Shown here: piece by piece, positions 39,786-51,224 of the stretch | Position numbering within the stretch: the first letter of the stretch is position 1 | Layout: every line of letters starts with the position of its first letter | Origin: an uncultured virus (IMG/VR IMGVR_UViG_3300037424_001060) | Lineage: Duplodnaviria; Heunggongvirae; Uroviricota; Caudoviricetes | Strand: one strand, 5' to 3' | Length of the DNA stretch: 64,000 bases | IMG/VR virus record: IMGVR_UViG_3300037424_001060 | Translations under genes and position numbers: made by a program | Notes under the pieces: generated by a model | Databases searched by the model: none | What the model was told of the DNA's origin: nothing | What the model saw: only the letters and a program-made list of their open reading frames with translations

Positions 39786-40795
39786 CCTCGGTACTGCCTT
39801 TCATTCATCATGGCCCAGAGTTCGTCCTGCTCCCCGCCGCCCGACGAATAGATTTGCATGTCGAGCAACTCGCACCTTTCATCGCTCTCCGATCGCGGCA
39901 ATTCGTCAAAGATGTGCCCCGTTTGCAACGACGCCCAGCAAGATTGCAGCCGACCCAGCAAAGAGAGTTGCCATTCCGGCGAGATGCGGCAGCGATGCTG
40001 CGCCACGCGAATGAGCGGGTGCAGCCTCTCTTCTGTGCCCTGGAGTGGATTTGGCTTGCATGCCAGTTGGTCAATGCACGTGACAGTTTTCTCGTCGCCC
40101 ACAGGCATGCCCAGTAACCACGAGTAGATGGCGATCTGGTCCGCCCACTTCTTGTCGACATCCTCAAGCCAGTGGGAGCCGATCGTATGTCCGTGGTGAT
40201 CCATCTCCAAATAGTCTTTGTGAGGCTTGGGCTCTCCGCCGCCACGAGTGGCCTTCAGCGTGTCAGAGGGCACCCAAGTGTCGCGGCACGTCTTGTGAAG
40301 CTTCTTGGGTGACGTGGGATGGGCCGAGCAAAATCCTTCGACCTTCCAGTCAAGCGTGACGTCGACTGTGTTGTGATACCAGCAGTCTGGCTTTCCCATG
40401 AGCGGGACGCCGCCGGCTTCTCCGTACAATGTGAATTCGAATCGGGGTGTCTTCGTGCTCTTCTCCATGTCGCGCAGCAGCTCGTCGTAACACCTACAGG
40501 CCACATAGCAGTCGAGACACTCTTTCCCGGCTCGAATCGCGAACGGCATGCACACCGGGTCGACTTGTTGGAGCAGCAAAAAGTCAACGCTGTACTTTCC
40601 GCCATCATCGTTGCCGAATAGATCCTTGTGCAACGCGGCTTTCACGTACGCATCGAACGCCGAACCCACCGCCATTGCTTCTGTCTGCCCGGAGTCAGGA
40701 CGCTTGTTGTCGGCAAGATACTTCAGATAGAATTCGTCCCGGTCGTTTTCCCATAGATGCAAGCTGGTCGGGGAAAGTCCTTTGGTTGTCCTCAT
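39782..40795 (-). CDS. PD-(D/E)XK exonuclease-like protein
   Basis: LSPTSL..., GSAFD, GKPDC, LDWKV, QIAIY. Confidence 0.75.
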   Translation of the reverse strand: MRTTKGLSPTSLHLWENDRDEFYLKYLADNKRPDSGQTEAMAVGSAFDAYVKAALHKDLFGNDDGGKYSVDFLLLQQVDPVCMPFAIRAGKECLDCYVACRCYDELLRDMEKSTKTPRFEFTLYGEAGGVPLMGKPDCWYHNTVDVTLDWKVEGFCSAHPTSPKKLHKTCRDTWVPSDTLKATRGGGEPKPHKDYLEMDHHGHTIGSHWLEDVDKKWADQIAIYSWLLGMPVGDEKTVTCIDQLACKPNPLQGTEERLHPLIRVAQHRCRISPEWQLSLLGRLQSCWASLQTGHIFDELPRSESDERCELLDMQIYSSGGGEQDELWAMMNERQYRG

Positions 40796-41571
40796 GCGTG
40801 CTCCAATAGTGTTTGAAGATAAGTCTTGTACCGTCTCAATGCCTCTTCAGATTTCTCGTCGCGCTGAATCTGCACGCGAGTGGCCAGCGGCGAGGTGATA
40901 TGTTTTCCGAACGCATTATGCACTCGTTCGTACGCCGGGTGTGTCAGGTCGCACACATCTTCGTAGGCAAATGAGTAATTGATGCTGCTCAGCAGATTTT
41001 GTTCAAGGTATCGGTGTCGAGTCGTTAGAATGGCCAGAGCTTCTGTAATGTCGACGCAGTCCACGTCGCGCTCCGCGCCCTCTTCGTAGCTTCGGAACTT
41101 GTTGGATTTCAGAGCGCGGGCCAACGACACGGCTTGTGCCAGCGGATTCCGGCGATAAATCCACACAATCAAGTCAAAGTTCATGTTCTTGAGTTCAAAT
41201 GCGAAATCTCGCTGCATGTCTTGGATCTGCCCAATGTGCCATTTCAGACAGAATGTGCCATTGTGTGAACTTCGCTCGGCCACCCACTCAGTGTATTCCG
41301 TCAAGTGGAACAGTTCTTTACCGGTCACCGCGAGATACGCCGCGAAGTATTCGTAGTTGAACCATTCCTCACACAGCCCCAGTTCCCCACTACTGTTAAG
41401 GGCCTCGCAGAACATGGTGGACCCACACCGGGGTGTGGCCAACACCAACAGCGCCCCGCGTACACTGTCAACGGGAGTTGGCGTCACTTGCGCCAGCGTT
41501 TGAAACAGTTCCAAGTGGGAAGGCTTTATCTTCGTATTTAGCGGGCACTTGTATCCGACAGGCTCTAACAT
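40792..41571 (-). CDS. Stf0-family PAPS-dependent sulfotransferase
   Basis: LATPRCGSTMFCEAL...EEWFN, RRNPLAQAVS, YEDV. Confidence 0.85.
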   Translation of the reverse strand: MLEPVGYKCPLNTKIKPSHLELFQTLAQVTPTPVDSVRGALLVLATPRCGSTMFCEALNSSGELGLCEEWFNYEYFAAYLAVTGKELFHLTEYTEWVAERSSHNGTFCLKWHIGQIQDMQRDFAFELKNMNFDLIVWIYRRNPLAQAVSLARALKSNKFRSYEEGAERDVDCVDITEALAILTTRHRYLEQNLLSSINYSFAYEDVCDLTHPAYERVHNAFGKHITSPLATRVQIQRDEKSEEALRRYKTYLQTLLEHA

Positions 41572-41638
41572 GTTTCTATGATTCCACTTACGTTGGCCAC
41601 ATCCCGCTGGCAGATGTGGCATGTATTTCGCCTACTTA

Positions 41639-41667
41639 ACTCTAGCACACAGCCGAGGGCATGTCAA
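41639..41667 (-). promoter_or_regulatory. sigma70-like promoter TTGACA-N17-TAGAGT
   Basis: Consensus match upstream of the sulfotransferase. Confidence 0.6.
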
Positions 41668-42306
41668 GGAAAATCAGTCACAATTTTCTTCACAGCCTTC
41701 ATCGTAGCCGTCTTGATAGCCCTCTTCGTACCCAAGCTGTCTACCGTCATCGTATATATCATCGTCCCAACGGGCTCGCGCGGACTCAAGTTCATCGGCA
41801 AACAAGTCCAACAAGCGTGCGACCAAAGCATCTTCCTCCACTTGGCTTGTCGGGGTGTAAGGGCTCACTAACTCTCTCAGTTTTTCTTGCATTGAAGTCG
41901 GGCTCCCTATAACGGTAGTGGTCTACAGAATAACCTTCCCAAATATCGCGCGGGTACTTTGCCAACTCGCGCTTTGCCAAATCGACGGACTCAAACAGGC
42001 CACAGTCCACCACACGCCCGTCGTAGTATTCCACGCGGGCTCGATACTTGAACGCCTCCAGCCTGATGTTTTTGTCCTTGACATCAGATGCGTTTAGCAT
42101 ATTGCATACACCTTCTGTCAGGGAAACAATTCGGCGACCATTCAACCTCGTCGCCTTCCCAGACGTCGGGTCGAAACAACTCAAGTATCTGCTGCGCCCG
42201 ATCAATACTGTGCTGAGCGGGCAGCCTTAACATTTCGGCGTCCATGCGCACCACCGGCTGATAATCCCCGCCGGAAAGTTCGATGGACTTGTCGTATGCC
42301 ACCGGC

Positions 42307-42786
42307 TCATACGCTGGCGAATTCGCCAAAGGCTTTGATGGCGGCTTCCTTGTAACATTCATGTGCCTTTTCCTTTGTGTCGAAATAGCCAAGATGATAT
42401 TTCTTTCCATTGATGTTTATCTGAGCAACCCATCTGTCGCCTATCCTATCCTTACGGTGCTTGTATTTCCTATTTGCGGTGAATCGGTCTTTCTTCAAGT
42501 GGGCACCTTTCAATCCAGACTTGTTGTCTCGATTCAGCTTACTGTTAGCCCGATTCTGACCATTTGTGGCCACTCGCAAATTATCCCTGTGGTTATCGTT
42601 CTTCACTCCGTTTTTATGGTCTACCAGAAGCCCTTTTATGTCAAGTCCCATTCTCTCGGCTATTATCCTGTGCATCCTTGCACCTTTATTTGGCTCCGAC
42701 GATTTTATCACATAACCTTTATGATCTAAATGCCACTTGAACCGGGACACAAATTCAACATCCTCTGGGCCAACATCAAACAGCAC
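42307..42786 (-). CDS. HNH-AP2 homing endonuclease
   Basis: MHRII, VDHKNGVKNDNHRDNLR, HLGYFDT..AH..Y. Confidence 0.88.
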   Translation of the reverse strand: MLFDVGPEDVEFVSRFKWHLDHKGYVIKSSEPNKGARMHRIIAERMGLDIKGLLVDHKNGVKNDNHRDNLRVATNGQNRANSKLNRDNKSGLKGAHLKKDRFTANRKYKHRKDRIGDRWVAQININGKKYHLGYFDTKEKAHECYKEAAIKAFGEFASV

Positions 42787-43867
42787 GATGGTATCTTCCC
42801 TCTTTTGGAATCAAATCATCGCTTAGTTCCCTGTAGCGAAATTCCACACTATCCCCAACCTTGAAGTGGATAGCCTTGGTTCCGTTAGGCATGTCCTCTC
42901 CGGGGTGCATGTATGCGTAAGCTGTATATGGGTCTTCGAAGCGACGTTCTTCGTTGGTCATGCCACTGAGTTCCAGCCGCTTGCCATTGTAATCGAGAAT
43001 GAGCGCCCCGATCAAACCCCGCAGTTTCGATCCTTTATCAGTCTCTCGCCCGGAAACGAAGCCGGTCAGTGTGCCGCAGTCGTCCGTGAACGGCTTCAGC
43101 TTCAGCAGCGTTTTGACGCGCTTGGGTGTCCAAATGGACCGTGGAGCGCGCAGGATGACCCCTTCCCCGCCTTGGTCAAGAACCGTGTCCATGAATTGGT
43201 CCAGCACCGCCTCCGCGAGTGTTCTATTCGTCGGGAGCAGTCTTTGCGGATGCAGGTACACAGACGTGTCATCGACTTGCGGGAGAGAGGCTTGCAGAAG
43301 ATGCAACTCGTCGTCGAACGTCATGCCAGGCGCTGTGAGTATCTCGCTGCATACACCAGCTTCATCACGTTCTGCAACGAAACGCTTGATCGCGTCGGTC
43401 GGCATGTCCAAAGTGAAGTTGGCGTTCTTAATCTCGCCGGCCTGGAATATCTGCCCAGGCTGCGGGGCACCGAACACAGCGAACTGAACCATTCTCCACG
43501 CGTCGTCGTCGGCCACATCCTTGGCCACAATCGAGCGGAGTGTTTGGAAATTCCCGCGACCAGCAAACAACTCACCGTCCAGGAACATTTGAGGCAACTG
43601 ATTGAGCCACCAGTCCGGGGCGCTAATCGGGTTGCCATATCGCGACCACAGTCCTGTTGCTACCGGCTTGATCTTATCTTTCATTTCCCCTGTCTTCGGG
43701 TTGGTGGTGTTGGCCCAAGGCACCCTCACTGTCATCACACCACGCGAGATACCGCCGTCCCAGAACACGCGGGTACCGTCCAGCTTTTCCGACACATACA
43801 TACCGGACGGGTCGGTCTTGCCGACAACAAATTTGTCGGCTAGTTGCAGAAATTCACGCCTTGCCAT
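42776..43867 (-). CDS. ATP-dependent DNA ligase
   Basis: SEKLDG, LDGELF, GEGVILR, LLKLKP, OB-fold tail. Confidence 0.9.
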   Translation of the reverse strand: MARREFLQLADKFVVGKTDPSGMYVSEKLDGTRVFWDGGISRGVMTVRVPWANTTNPKTGEMKDKIKPVATGLWSRYGNPISAPDWWLNQLPQMFLDGELFAGRGNFQTLRSIVAKDVADDDAWRMVQFAVFGAPQPGQIFQAGEIKNANFTLDMPTDAIKRFVAERDEAGVCSEILTAPGMTFDDELHLLQASLPQVDDTSVYLHPQRLLPTNRTLAEAVLDQFMDTVLDQGGEGVILRAPRSIWTPKRVKTLLKLKPFTDDCGTLTGFVSGRETDKGSKLRGLIGALILDYNGKRLELSGMTNEERRFEDPYTAYAYMHPGEDMPNGTKAIHFKVGDSVEFRYRELSDDLIPKEGRYHRAV

Positions 43868-44239
43868 TATTCGTCTCCCTTCGGGTAAACCATCGCTTCA
43901 ATGATGAACTGATGACGGTCTGGGTTCTGCCGGCGGGCGATATACACGTTAACCGGAATCTTCCCGCGCCAGCAGCGGAACCCAATAACCTTGCTCTTCT
44001 CGTCGGGAAGAGACATGGCTCGCACGCACACCTTGCCCAGCTTGTTGATCGCCGGCGCGAAGTAATTCTCGATGATCGGCTTGAAGTACAGCAGGAACAA
44101 TTCCTGTGCAGTCATCTTGGCCACTTCGTCGGTGGTAAGCGAGAATGTGTAGTACACTCGGTGTGAGTCATCTTCCACTACGCCGGGCACAACCTCTGCG
44201 GTCAGATACCTGTCAAGACATTCTGATAGAGACGGAATT

Positions 44240-44776
44240 TCATTTGGATTCAGGTTCATTTGTTCCTTCCAGTAAGAAGTCGATGATGGCGGTCACGTCA
44301 ATGTTCTTCAGAGTATCGAGGAAGCTGTTAACGGGCTCGGCGGAGATTGGTACGTAAGAAGGGTCCACTGATTTCATCGCCGTCTCCAACACGCGTACTC
44401 GGAAGTTTGCCGTTGCGAGTTCCGTGGTCAGGTCGTCTATCTTTTCGGTCTGTGCTTGTATAGCCTCTACGGATTCCTTCAGGGACTCTTTTAAGCGGGC
44501 ACTCTCATCCTCGATGGATGCGACGTATTTCACCGTCTTGGCTTCCCGCTCGCACAGAATACCGTTCTCATTCGCCAGCATGCGGACGGCTTCCATCAGC
44601 TCCCGGCTGTACGAGGCGGCACCGAGTATACCTTCATTTATGTCGGCCAAGGCTTTCGCGCTGCGGACCCGCGATTCCCACACACGCACGCGATACTCGA
44701 TGCTCGCGGCGTTATAGGCTAACCCGGCCACACATCCTCCCAACAACACAATCACAAACAACTGAAATCGCTTCAT
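44240..44776 (-). CDS. Membrane-anchored coiled-coil protein
   Basis: N-terminal TM/signal segment; heptad pattern. Confidence 0.7.
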   Translation of the reverse strand: MKRFQLFVIVLLGGCVAGLAYNAASIEYRVRVWESRVRSAKALADINEGILGAASYSRELMEAVRMLANENGILCEREAKTVKYVASIEDESARLKESLKESVEAIQAQTEKIDDLTTELATANFRVRVLETAMKSVDPSYVPISAEPVNSFLDTLKNIDVTAIIDFLLEGTNEPESK

Positions 44777-44778
44777 CT

Positions 44779-45462
44779 TTACCTCGTCAATTCACGATAC
44801 TCTTTTAACAGCCGGCGACGCCTTCGGCTAATTTCTCTGCGATCCACCCCTAACAATTCACCCAGTTGCTGCCCGGACCAGCCCCAGTATGTTGGGCACA
44901 AAATATGTGCATCTATGCTGTCTTGTGCCACCAACTTATTGAGGGCCTCGATGGTGTCGGAAGAGCCAAGGAAATCCGGGGCGGCGGGCTCCACACCATT
45001 GTAGCTATTGGTGACGGCGAGGCCATAGAATGGTTCTTCTCCTGCGGTTATCCTGAGTTTTTGTGTATTCAGTGACGCGGCCACTGGTGCTAGGGCCCGG
45101 TTAAGATATTTGTTGATTCTGTATTGAATGTGCTTAGAGGCCACCTTAATTATAGCCCGCCCATCCAATAAGTCAAATGAAATCCTGTCAACAAGCAGGG
45201 ATAATGCCAAAAAACCCTCACTAACCATGTCGTCTATGTACGGTCGACAAGCCGGAAAATTGGCGATATACCTGCCAATATTGTATCGAAGGCACGACCG
45301 TAACGCCAGTATCAACGTCTCTGCCTTCGACGAATCTTGTATCACTTCCGACGCCAGCACATCAAGTTCCTCTGAGGTAAATCGTTTGACTCCATCCAGC
45401 AGAGGATGATTGAATTGCTTAGCTTTCCTGTGCCCGGCCATGAATCGAATGAGTTTTGCCAT
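44779..45462 (-). CDS. RNA polymerase sigma-70-like factor
   Basis: DDMVSEGFLAL (region 2-like); GWSGQQLGELLGVDRREISRRR (region 4 HTH). Confidence 0.65.
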   Translation of the reverse strand: MAKLIRFMAGHRKAKQFNHPLLDGVKRFTSEELDVLASEVIQDSSKAETLILALRSCLRYNIGRYIANFPACRPYIDDMVSEGFLALSLLVDRISFDLLDGRAIIKVASKHIQYRINKYLNRALAPVAASLNTQKLRITAGEEPFYGLAVTNSYNGVEPAAPDFLGSSDTIEALNKLVAQDSIDAHILCPTYWGWSGQQLGELLGVDRREISRRRRRLLKEYRELTR

Positions 45463-45989
45463 TAAACCACCAGCCAGAATCGGTGTGCATCATACTTGTA
45501 ATTGTGCCGGTCGTCCCAGGTGTACTTGTAGCCTCGCGGATCGAGTATCACTTGCCCGTCCCAGGCACACATGTGCCCTCTGTCGCCTCTCACGATGCCT
45601 TCCAGCAGCCCCGGCCCAAAACTGAGGTGCTTTAGCCAGCGTGATTCTCCGTCACTCCACACGGCTACGGGAGGACATTCTGGGGCCACAGAGCAGGTAG
45701 GACACCGGTCGAATGGGACCAACCCAATTTTCGCCGTTGTCCACGCCCACTCACAAATCTCGGTCATGCACGGCACCTTTGGCAAGCTGCTCCACGGTGT
45801 CGGAAACGGATGCGGAAGGCCCGTAAACAGCTCGCGGATGATATCTTCCAATGGTTTGGATGTTACCATTGAAAGGGTGGCGGCAACACATGTGAAGGGT
45901 TCAGAAGCACGCACCAGTATCATAGCATCCCTTTCACTTGTTCCAGCACAAGGGAGTAGGGCGTTCCGCAATAACGGTGAAAGTTCCAT
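45462..45989 (-). CDS. Papain-like/C39-like peptidase candidate
   Basis: TCVAATLSM ... HMCAWDG.VILDP. Confidence 0.5.
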   Translation of the reverse strand: MELSPLLRNALLPCAGTSERDAMILVRASEPFTCVAATLSMVTSKPLEDIIRELFTGLPHPFPTPWSSLPKVPCMTEICEWAWTTAKIGLVPFDRCPTCSVAPECPPVAVWSDGESRWLKHLSFGPGLLEGIVRGDRGHMCAWDGQVILDPRGYKYTWDDRHNYKYDAHRFWLVV

Positions 45990-46522
45990 GGGCGGGGAAC
46001 CAGCACAGCTTTACCGCCATGGCGTCCATCCGGCGGTGATAGGAAGTTGTTGACGTTGTCCTCGTTGTCGTCAATGAGAAGAGAGCACGGGTGCGAGAGG
46101 GCCCACTTCGGGGCACCGATCAGATACCTGTGCTTCCACTTCGGCATCCATTGGTTGATCCACTTCACCTTGCCAGCCGGTGCGCCGGCATAATCCACAA
46201 CGTTTGTCGAGATCACGATGTTTTCTGGTGCGACTAGATCGCACAAGTCGGAAATGAAATCCGCCGCCCCATCATACGGTTGCAACCCGGCCCAAAATGT
46301 CTCGGTGCCACACCTCTGCCAAAATTCCCTGTCACTCAGGTCGGTGAGATAATTCTTCCATTGCTTCTTACGCAGGACGTTGCACGCCTCTACTACGTCC
46401 CAGCCGCAGGCCACTGGGTAGTCTTGTTCTCCCTTGTAAGTGACCGAATGCAGGCTCATGACCGGCCTAACAAAGTCAACAATCACCCCGTCCAGGTCAA
46501 GAATAATCGTTGTCGTATTCAT
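45920..46522 (-). CDS. HAD-family 5'(3')-deoxyribonucleotidase
   Basis: ILDLDGVIVDF, GKVKWI, LLIDDN, PRPWN. Confidence 0.85.
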   Translation of the reverse strand: MNTTTIILDLDGVIVDFVRPVMSLHSVTYKGEQDYPVACGWDVVEACNVLRKKQWKNYLTDLSDREFWQRCGTETFWAGLQPYDGAADFISDLCDLVAPENIVISTNVVDYAGAPAGKVKWINQWMPKWKHRYLIGAPKWALSHPCSLLIDDNEDNVNNFLSPPDGRHGGKAVLVPRPWNFHRYCGTPYSLVLEQVKGML

Positions 46523-46913
46523 CAAACAACTCCTGTAGATCCGCCATGAGTTGCAGGCGGTCCTCGTCGTACTTTGGCTTCCAGTATTTCCGCCAGTTTG
46601 GCGGACCAAATAGTTGATCGTAGTCGGTGTCTGTCCACCCGGTGATGATCCAGATTCCTACTTTATGCTCTTCCCAGGTTGGCCATTTGACTTTCTGCGC
46701 ATTTGTGAAGTCATAGTCAATCGGGTTCTTCAAGTCGACCCACCGGCTGCCATGCTTCGGGTGCATGATGTAGATATCGGGTATGCCCTTCTGTAGCACA
46801 TTACCGATCATCCGCTCCACGTGCCAGCCGCGAGCCTCCAGGTACTTCGTGAACTCGGACTGGATTTTGTATTCCGGGCCGTGTTTGTCGCGAAATTTCT
46901 TTGGGTCCATCAC
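46497..46913 (-). CDS. VRR-NUC nuclease
   Basis: E.KIQ, GIPDI, WVDLK, TNAQ. Confidence 0.75.
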   Translation of the reverse strand: MMDPKKFRDKHGPEYKIQSEFTKYLEARGWHVERMIGNVLQKGIPDIYIMHPKHGSRWVDLKNPIDYDFTNAQKVKWPTWEEHKVGIWIITGWTDTDYDQLFGPPNWRKYWKPKYDEDRLQLMADLQELFDEYDNDYS

Positions 46914-48106
46914 ACGGTGTCGAATAGAAGGTCAACGTCTTCGTCCCACTCTGCCTCTTCGCCGCCTTCGAGGTTGACAGATCTGGTGCTGGACATTACC
47001 ACGTCGGCCAGCTTCAGCTCCACGCCGTTGACCGTGTACAGGCCGACTTCCGGGTCACCATAGGCATACTGATCCATGTCAGTTAGTAAATTAACAAGTT
47101 GGCTAAGTTTCATTTCATTTCCTTTTCAAAGAAAAACATTAGTAACCTCCAGGGTAGCCGTTCAAGACAGGCTTCCGTGGAACTGGATTTGTGGATTTCG
47201 CACTGAGGCCAAAGATGCCACATTTCCACGCGGGCCATGTGGGCACAATGTCGCGGGATTGAGCCAAGCAGCTATGAAAATAATTATCCGTGCTGTTATA
47301 CTCCCACTTGCCAATGTCACGACCGTGGTCAGGTATCATAGTTGATTAACCCTTGTGGATGCTGCGTCATCGTATGCTGATTGAGCACGCCCTCGGTAGA
47401 TAGGTTCGCCGCGCCTCATCTTGGCCTCCATGTCGTACCCGCTGGTGATATCCATCCTGGTCCTGCTCCTGATAGCCACACGCCTGCTCCAACGATAGAA
47501 CGAAAACCTCCAACCAGCCGGATCGCGCACAAGTGTTACAGAATTGACCGCAGCATACCCCCTGCTAATATAATCACTGTTGGCGTCCATGTCAACGAAA
47601 ATCACTTGGGTGTAGTCCGGTACCCACTGGTCAACTTGTGGGTCCCACTTCAAGACCCGATTGACAATAATCAGATCCACATCATGCGCCTCATGAGCCT
47701 CATGCAAAGGCGCATGATGTGGAATCGGAAGGGTACACAGCAGTAGAAGGGGGAGAAGCATGAGGCTTATAAGCACCAAGCGACGACGTCGATGTACCGG
47801 TAGTAGGGCCACAGCAGGAAGTAGTTGACGGTGTACCAATTCATATGGCACTGCGGGTTGACCGCCAGCCACACGGCGTAGTAGGTGAACAGAACGGTGA
47901 CGCCACCGGCCCAGAAGGTAAGAAGGTGTGCTAACAGTCGCCTCATTTTCAAGTCCTTAAGAGAGTGATGTTGATTACTGGGCGTTCCTGCCCCGGCACA
48001 TACTCCGCCGATACACAGTCGAAGGGTACGCTCGCTCCGTCGATAACGAAACAAATATCCAGTTGGTCTGGAAAATTAGTCAGAATCTGTTCAAGCTCCC
48101 AAATTT

Positions 48107-49093
48107 TCATTGTGTTCCCTCGAAACAATCATGACACTGGTTGTTGTGCTGAATGCACACGTCCAGGCAATTCTTCTTGCAGATGGGGTCCAGGTGCGTG
48201 TTGTGGTTTAACGCCCACTCGACGCGCTCATGACGCATGTTGGGGCCGATACGACCAATTGGTTCCCCCTGTTCCCTCATGTAAATGACACAGGGGAAGT
48301 GATAGTCGCCGCAAACAACCGAGTCGTCAATCGGCAGGAAACAGTAGTCGGTGTTCAAGCCGGTGCTGATACCACGAACGGGCCGACCCGCCAACAGATT
48401 GGCTACTCGGTATGCAAGGATCGGGTGTTTGTCCAAAACATCTTGTGGGATCTTCTCCACACCGGAAATCATGTTGCCCTCTTGAGCCGCCGGAATGATG
48501 CGAATGTCCGCTACGCCCAGGTCGTGAGCAAGCTGAACGATATCGCAAACCTTCGCGTGATTCTTGTCGGTGAGAACTACGCCCACGGTGACGTACGTCA
48601 GCCGGGACAATTCATAAATGTTCTCACAGATTCGCTCGAACTTCCGCTCGCGAGATTCATTCGTGCCTGCCATTGTTTCGCAGTCCTCGGCACAGCACGC
48701 GTCAAACGAGATGCTGAAGTCGTTCACGCCATATAGGCAGAGCCGTTTATACCGGTCGAGAGGGAATGAGCCGTTCGTGGAGATAGCAACTCGCTGCACA
48801 CCGTTCCACGCACAATATGACACCAACTCTTCCAGATGTGGGTACAGGAGTGGCTCACCGCCAGAGAACCGCACATTCTTCAGCCCTTGATTGCACCACT
48901 GGTCCAGCACTTCATAGGCCTTGTCCAGCGGCATGTCGCCCTGACAGTCGTCCCGCAAGCCGCGACAGTACGGGCACTTGAAGTTGCACCGCTCGGTGAG
49001 AATCATCTCACACCTCCACATGGGGGATGAGCCCGATATGTTGGCTGCCCGCGAATCTTCCAGTGTGTAGAATCCGATGTTTTCCAGTTTCAT
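48107..49093 (-). CDS. Radical SAM enzyme
   Basis: CNFKCPYC (CxxxCxxC), FSGGEP, ISTNG; C-terminal Cys cluster. Confidence 0.9.
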   Translation of the reverse strand: MKLENIGFYTLEDSRAANISGSSPMWRCEMILTERCNFKCPYCRGLRDDCQGDMPLDKAYEVLDQWCNQGLKNVRFSGGEPLLYPHLEELVSYCAWNGVQRVAISTNGSFPLDRYKRLCLYGVNDFSISFDACCAEDCETMAGTNESRERKFERICENIYELSRLTYVTVGVVLTDKNHAKVCDIVQLAHDLGVADIRIIPAAQEGNMISGVEKIPQDVLDKHPILAYRVANLLAGRPVRGISTGLNTDYCFLPIDDSVVCGDYHFPCVIYMREQGEPIGRIGPNMRHERVEWALNHNTHLDPICKKNCLDVCIQHNNQCHDCFEGTQ

Positions 49094-49626
49094 ACTAATA
49101 CACCCCATTTGGTTCTGGCGCAGGCCAATGCCACACGAGTATCATGAAGAGCGGTGTGGGCCTCTCCAGGCATGTCGACACCGAGCCGCTCTTCCAATTC
49201 AGTTTGCGACACCATCCCGTTCTCTGTGCTGTACAATGAGCCAATATCACAGCAGCGGTGATTAAATAACCGGCCGGGCCAGTCGGGAAGGCGCTTCAGG
49301 AATTGCAAATCAAATGAGCCGACATTCTTTCCGAGCATCGTTGCCTTGTTGTTCGCCCTGATGCCGTGTTCGTCCAACCAATTATCAAACATTCCTATCA
49401 CGCATGCCGGGTTGATACCCTCGCCGTCGGCAATTTCATATAGCAGTTTCTGGTTCATAGCCAGTGCGTAGGGTTCTCCGACAATTGTGTCGTGGACGAC
49501 GTAGGATCGGAAGTATGGGCACTTCATCACGCTCAATTTCCGAACGTCCAACACCGCCGCGATTTCCAACACCTGACAGGTGTCGGGATTCAGGCCGGTT
49601 GTCTCAATATCGATTGAAAGATACAT
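49090..49626 (-). CDS. DEDDh 3'-5' exonuclease (DnaQ/oligoribonuclease-like)
   Basis: SIDIETTGL, GSFDLQFL, HTALHD. Confidence 0.85.
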   Translation of the reverse strand: MYLSIDIETTGLNPDTCQVLEIAAVLDVRKLSVMKCPYFRSYVVHDTIVGEPYALAMNQKLLYEIADGEGINPACVIGMFDNWLDEHGIRANNKATMLGKNVGSFDLQFLKRLPDWPGRLFNHRCCDIGSLYSTENGMVSQTELEERLGVDMPGEAHTALHDTRVALACARTKWGVLV

Positions 49627-51224
49627 CAGTCCCTCGCAATAAGCTGAAATGTAACAATGTCGTGAATTAACACGTCTTCGGCCTGCATGAGATTCCCTCT
49701 CTCAAATGCCTTTTGGTTGACGACGCCGCAGGAAATCGCCCTTAACAAGTCAAATTGCTTGAAGTCGGGAGTAGTAAAGAAGATTTCTGGGTCACCCTTA
49801 ATGTTCAGGGCATTGAGGAATTCTAGCAATTCACTGAATTTCATCACCACACCACTCTTCCGTAATAAGACTAAAGGCAGTCGAAAGACACAGCAAGGCT
49901 ATGCCGAGAGAGGCACCGAGGCAAAAAAACAACAAGCAAACAATGTAGCTTGTCACAGTAACCTCTCTCGGATGAAATCGTAAATGGTCAACGCAACAAA
50001 TGTCAAGACACCACCAAGCACCAGGTACAGGCCGGCGCGTTCTGCTTCGCTCATTTCACTTCCTCTGTCGTGTCTTCCAGCTTTCTGATTTCCTCTCGGT
50101 CCTTCTCGATGGCGTCCGCCATACAGCCGCTAACCTGCTCAAGAGGCATAGAGTCGGACAACACGAATTGATGCAAATAGTCGTCAGCCATCTCTCTTTG
50201 ATGCGGAAACAATTTTAGTTTGATTTGCTGTTCTGACCACGCATCCGATAAACATTCCTTCGATGTTTCCGGTTTCAATGACTCAAGCACGATGCGGGTG
50301 AGTGTGTAGTTGACGTCACCTCGTGTACAGCCGATTTCCTGTAGCCGGTCCATTAAACCGTACATCAGCTCCACAATCTTGCTGTTTGTTGGGAACAAGC
50401 TTTCAGTGTATGAGAGCGTTGGAAACCCCATGCAAAAAGCCGACAAACTGTATGCAATGTAGCGGACGATGTTGAATTGCAGCCGTTCTTCTCTGACAGC
50501 TTTCACAAGACTGTCAATAATGACATTCAAAGCCGCCCGTCGCTCATGTTTGATGTAAGGCATTCTGGTCCTCAAAGTGAGAGTGTTTCACCAACATAGT
50601 AGCAGTAAGCACCCATTACAAGGTACTTATGCACGCTGTGACAGTACGTGGCTGATGCCAGCAGATCTGGGAAACGTACCGTGGTTTTCAACGATTCCGA
50701 GTAGTACGTGTAGTCTGGACGGCTGCTCTGGAGGGGTTCATGGGTATACTCGAACGAGTGCCCATCCTCTGGGTCGGCCACGAACGGCATCTGCCAGCCG
50801 TGCAGCGGCCCATTGATAATCAACCGATAATAGTTCCCCACTTGGCGGACAAACGCATCCATGGCCGTTACCGTCGTTCGTTGTGGACCCTCATACATGC
50901 GAAGACGAAATGGAACACCGTTAACGTCAAATATTTCACAGTGTTCGTTCGGGCCGCTGACCGGAACAAGTAACGGCTTCGACTGTACGATCTTTAAGCC
51001 GTTAATATAACGAGCCATCGCCTCTGTGGCTGGCCGAATATGATAGTCAGCAATTACTTCGGGGCTGCTCTCATAATCTGGTATCGAGAACGTAATGAAC
51101 ACTTGGGAGTCGAACGGATTTTTGTGGTCGAAATCAACGTCGTCCGAGGGCCTCACCTCAACGTCAATATTATCGGACAGGGCGGATTTGGCACGCTCTA
51201 ACACTGATGTAAATAAGGACCGGC

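Noticed and set aside
42866..43843. 325-aa plus-strand ORF (and 59903-60679, 60827-61459)
   Set aside because: Antisense to the DNA ligase and PolA, which carry clear catalytic motifs.
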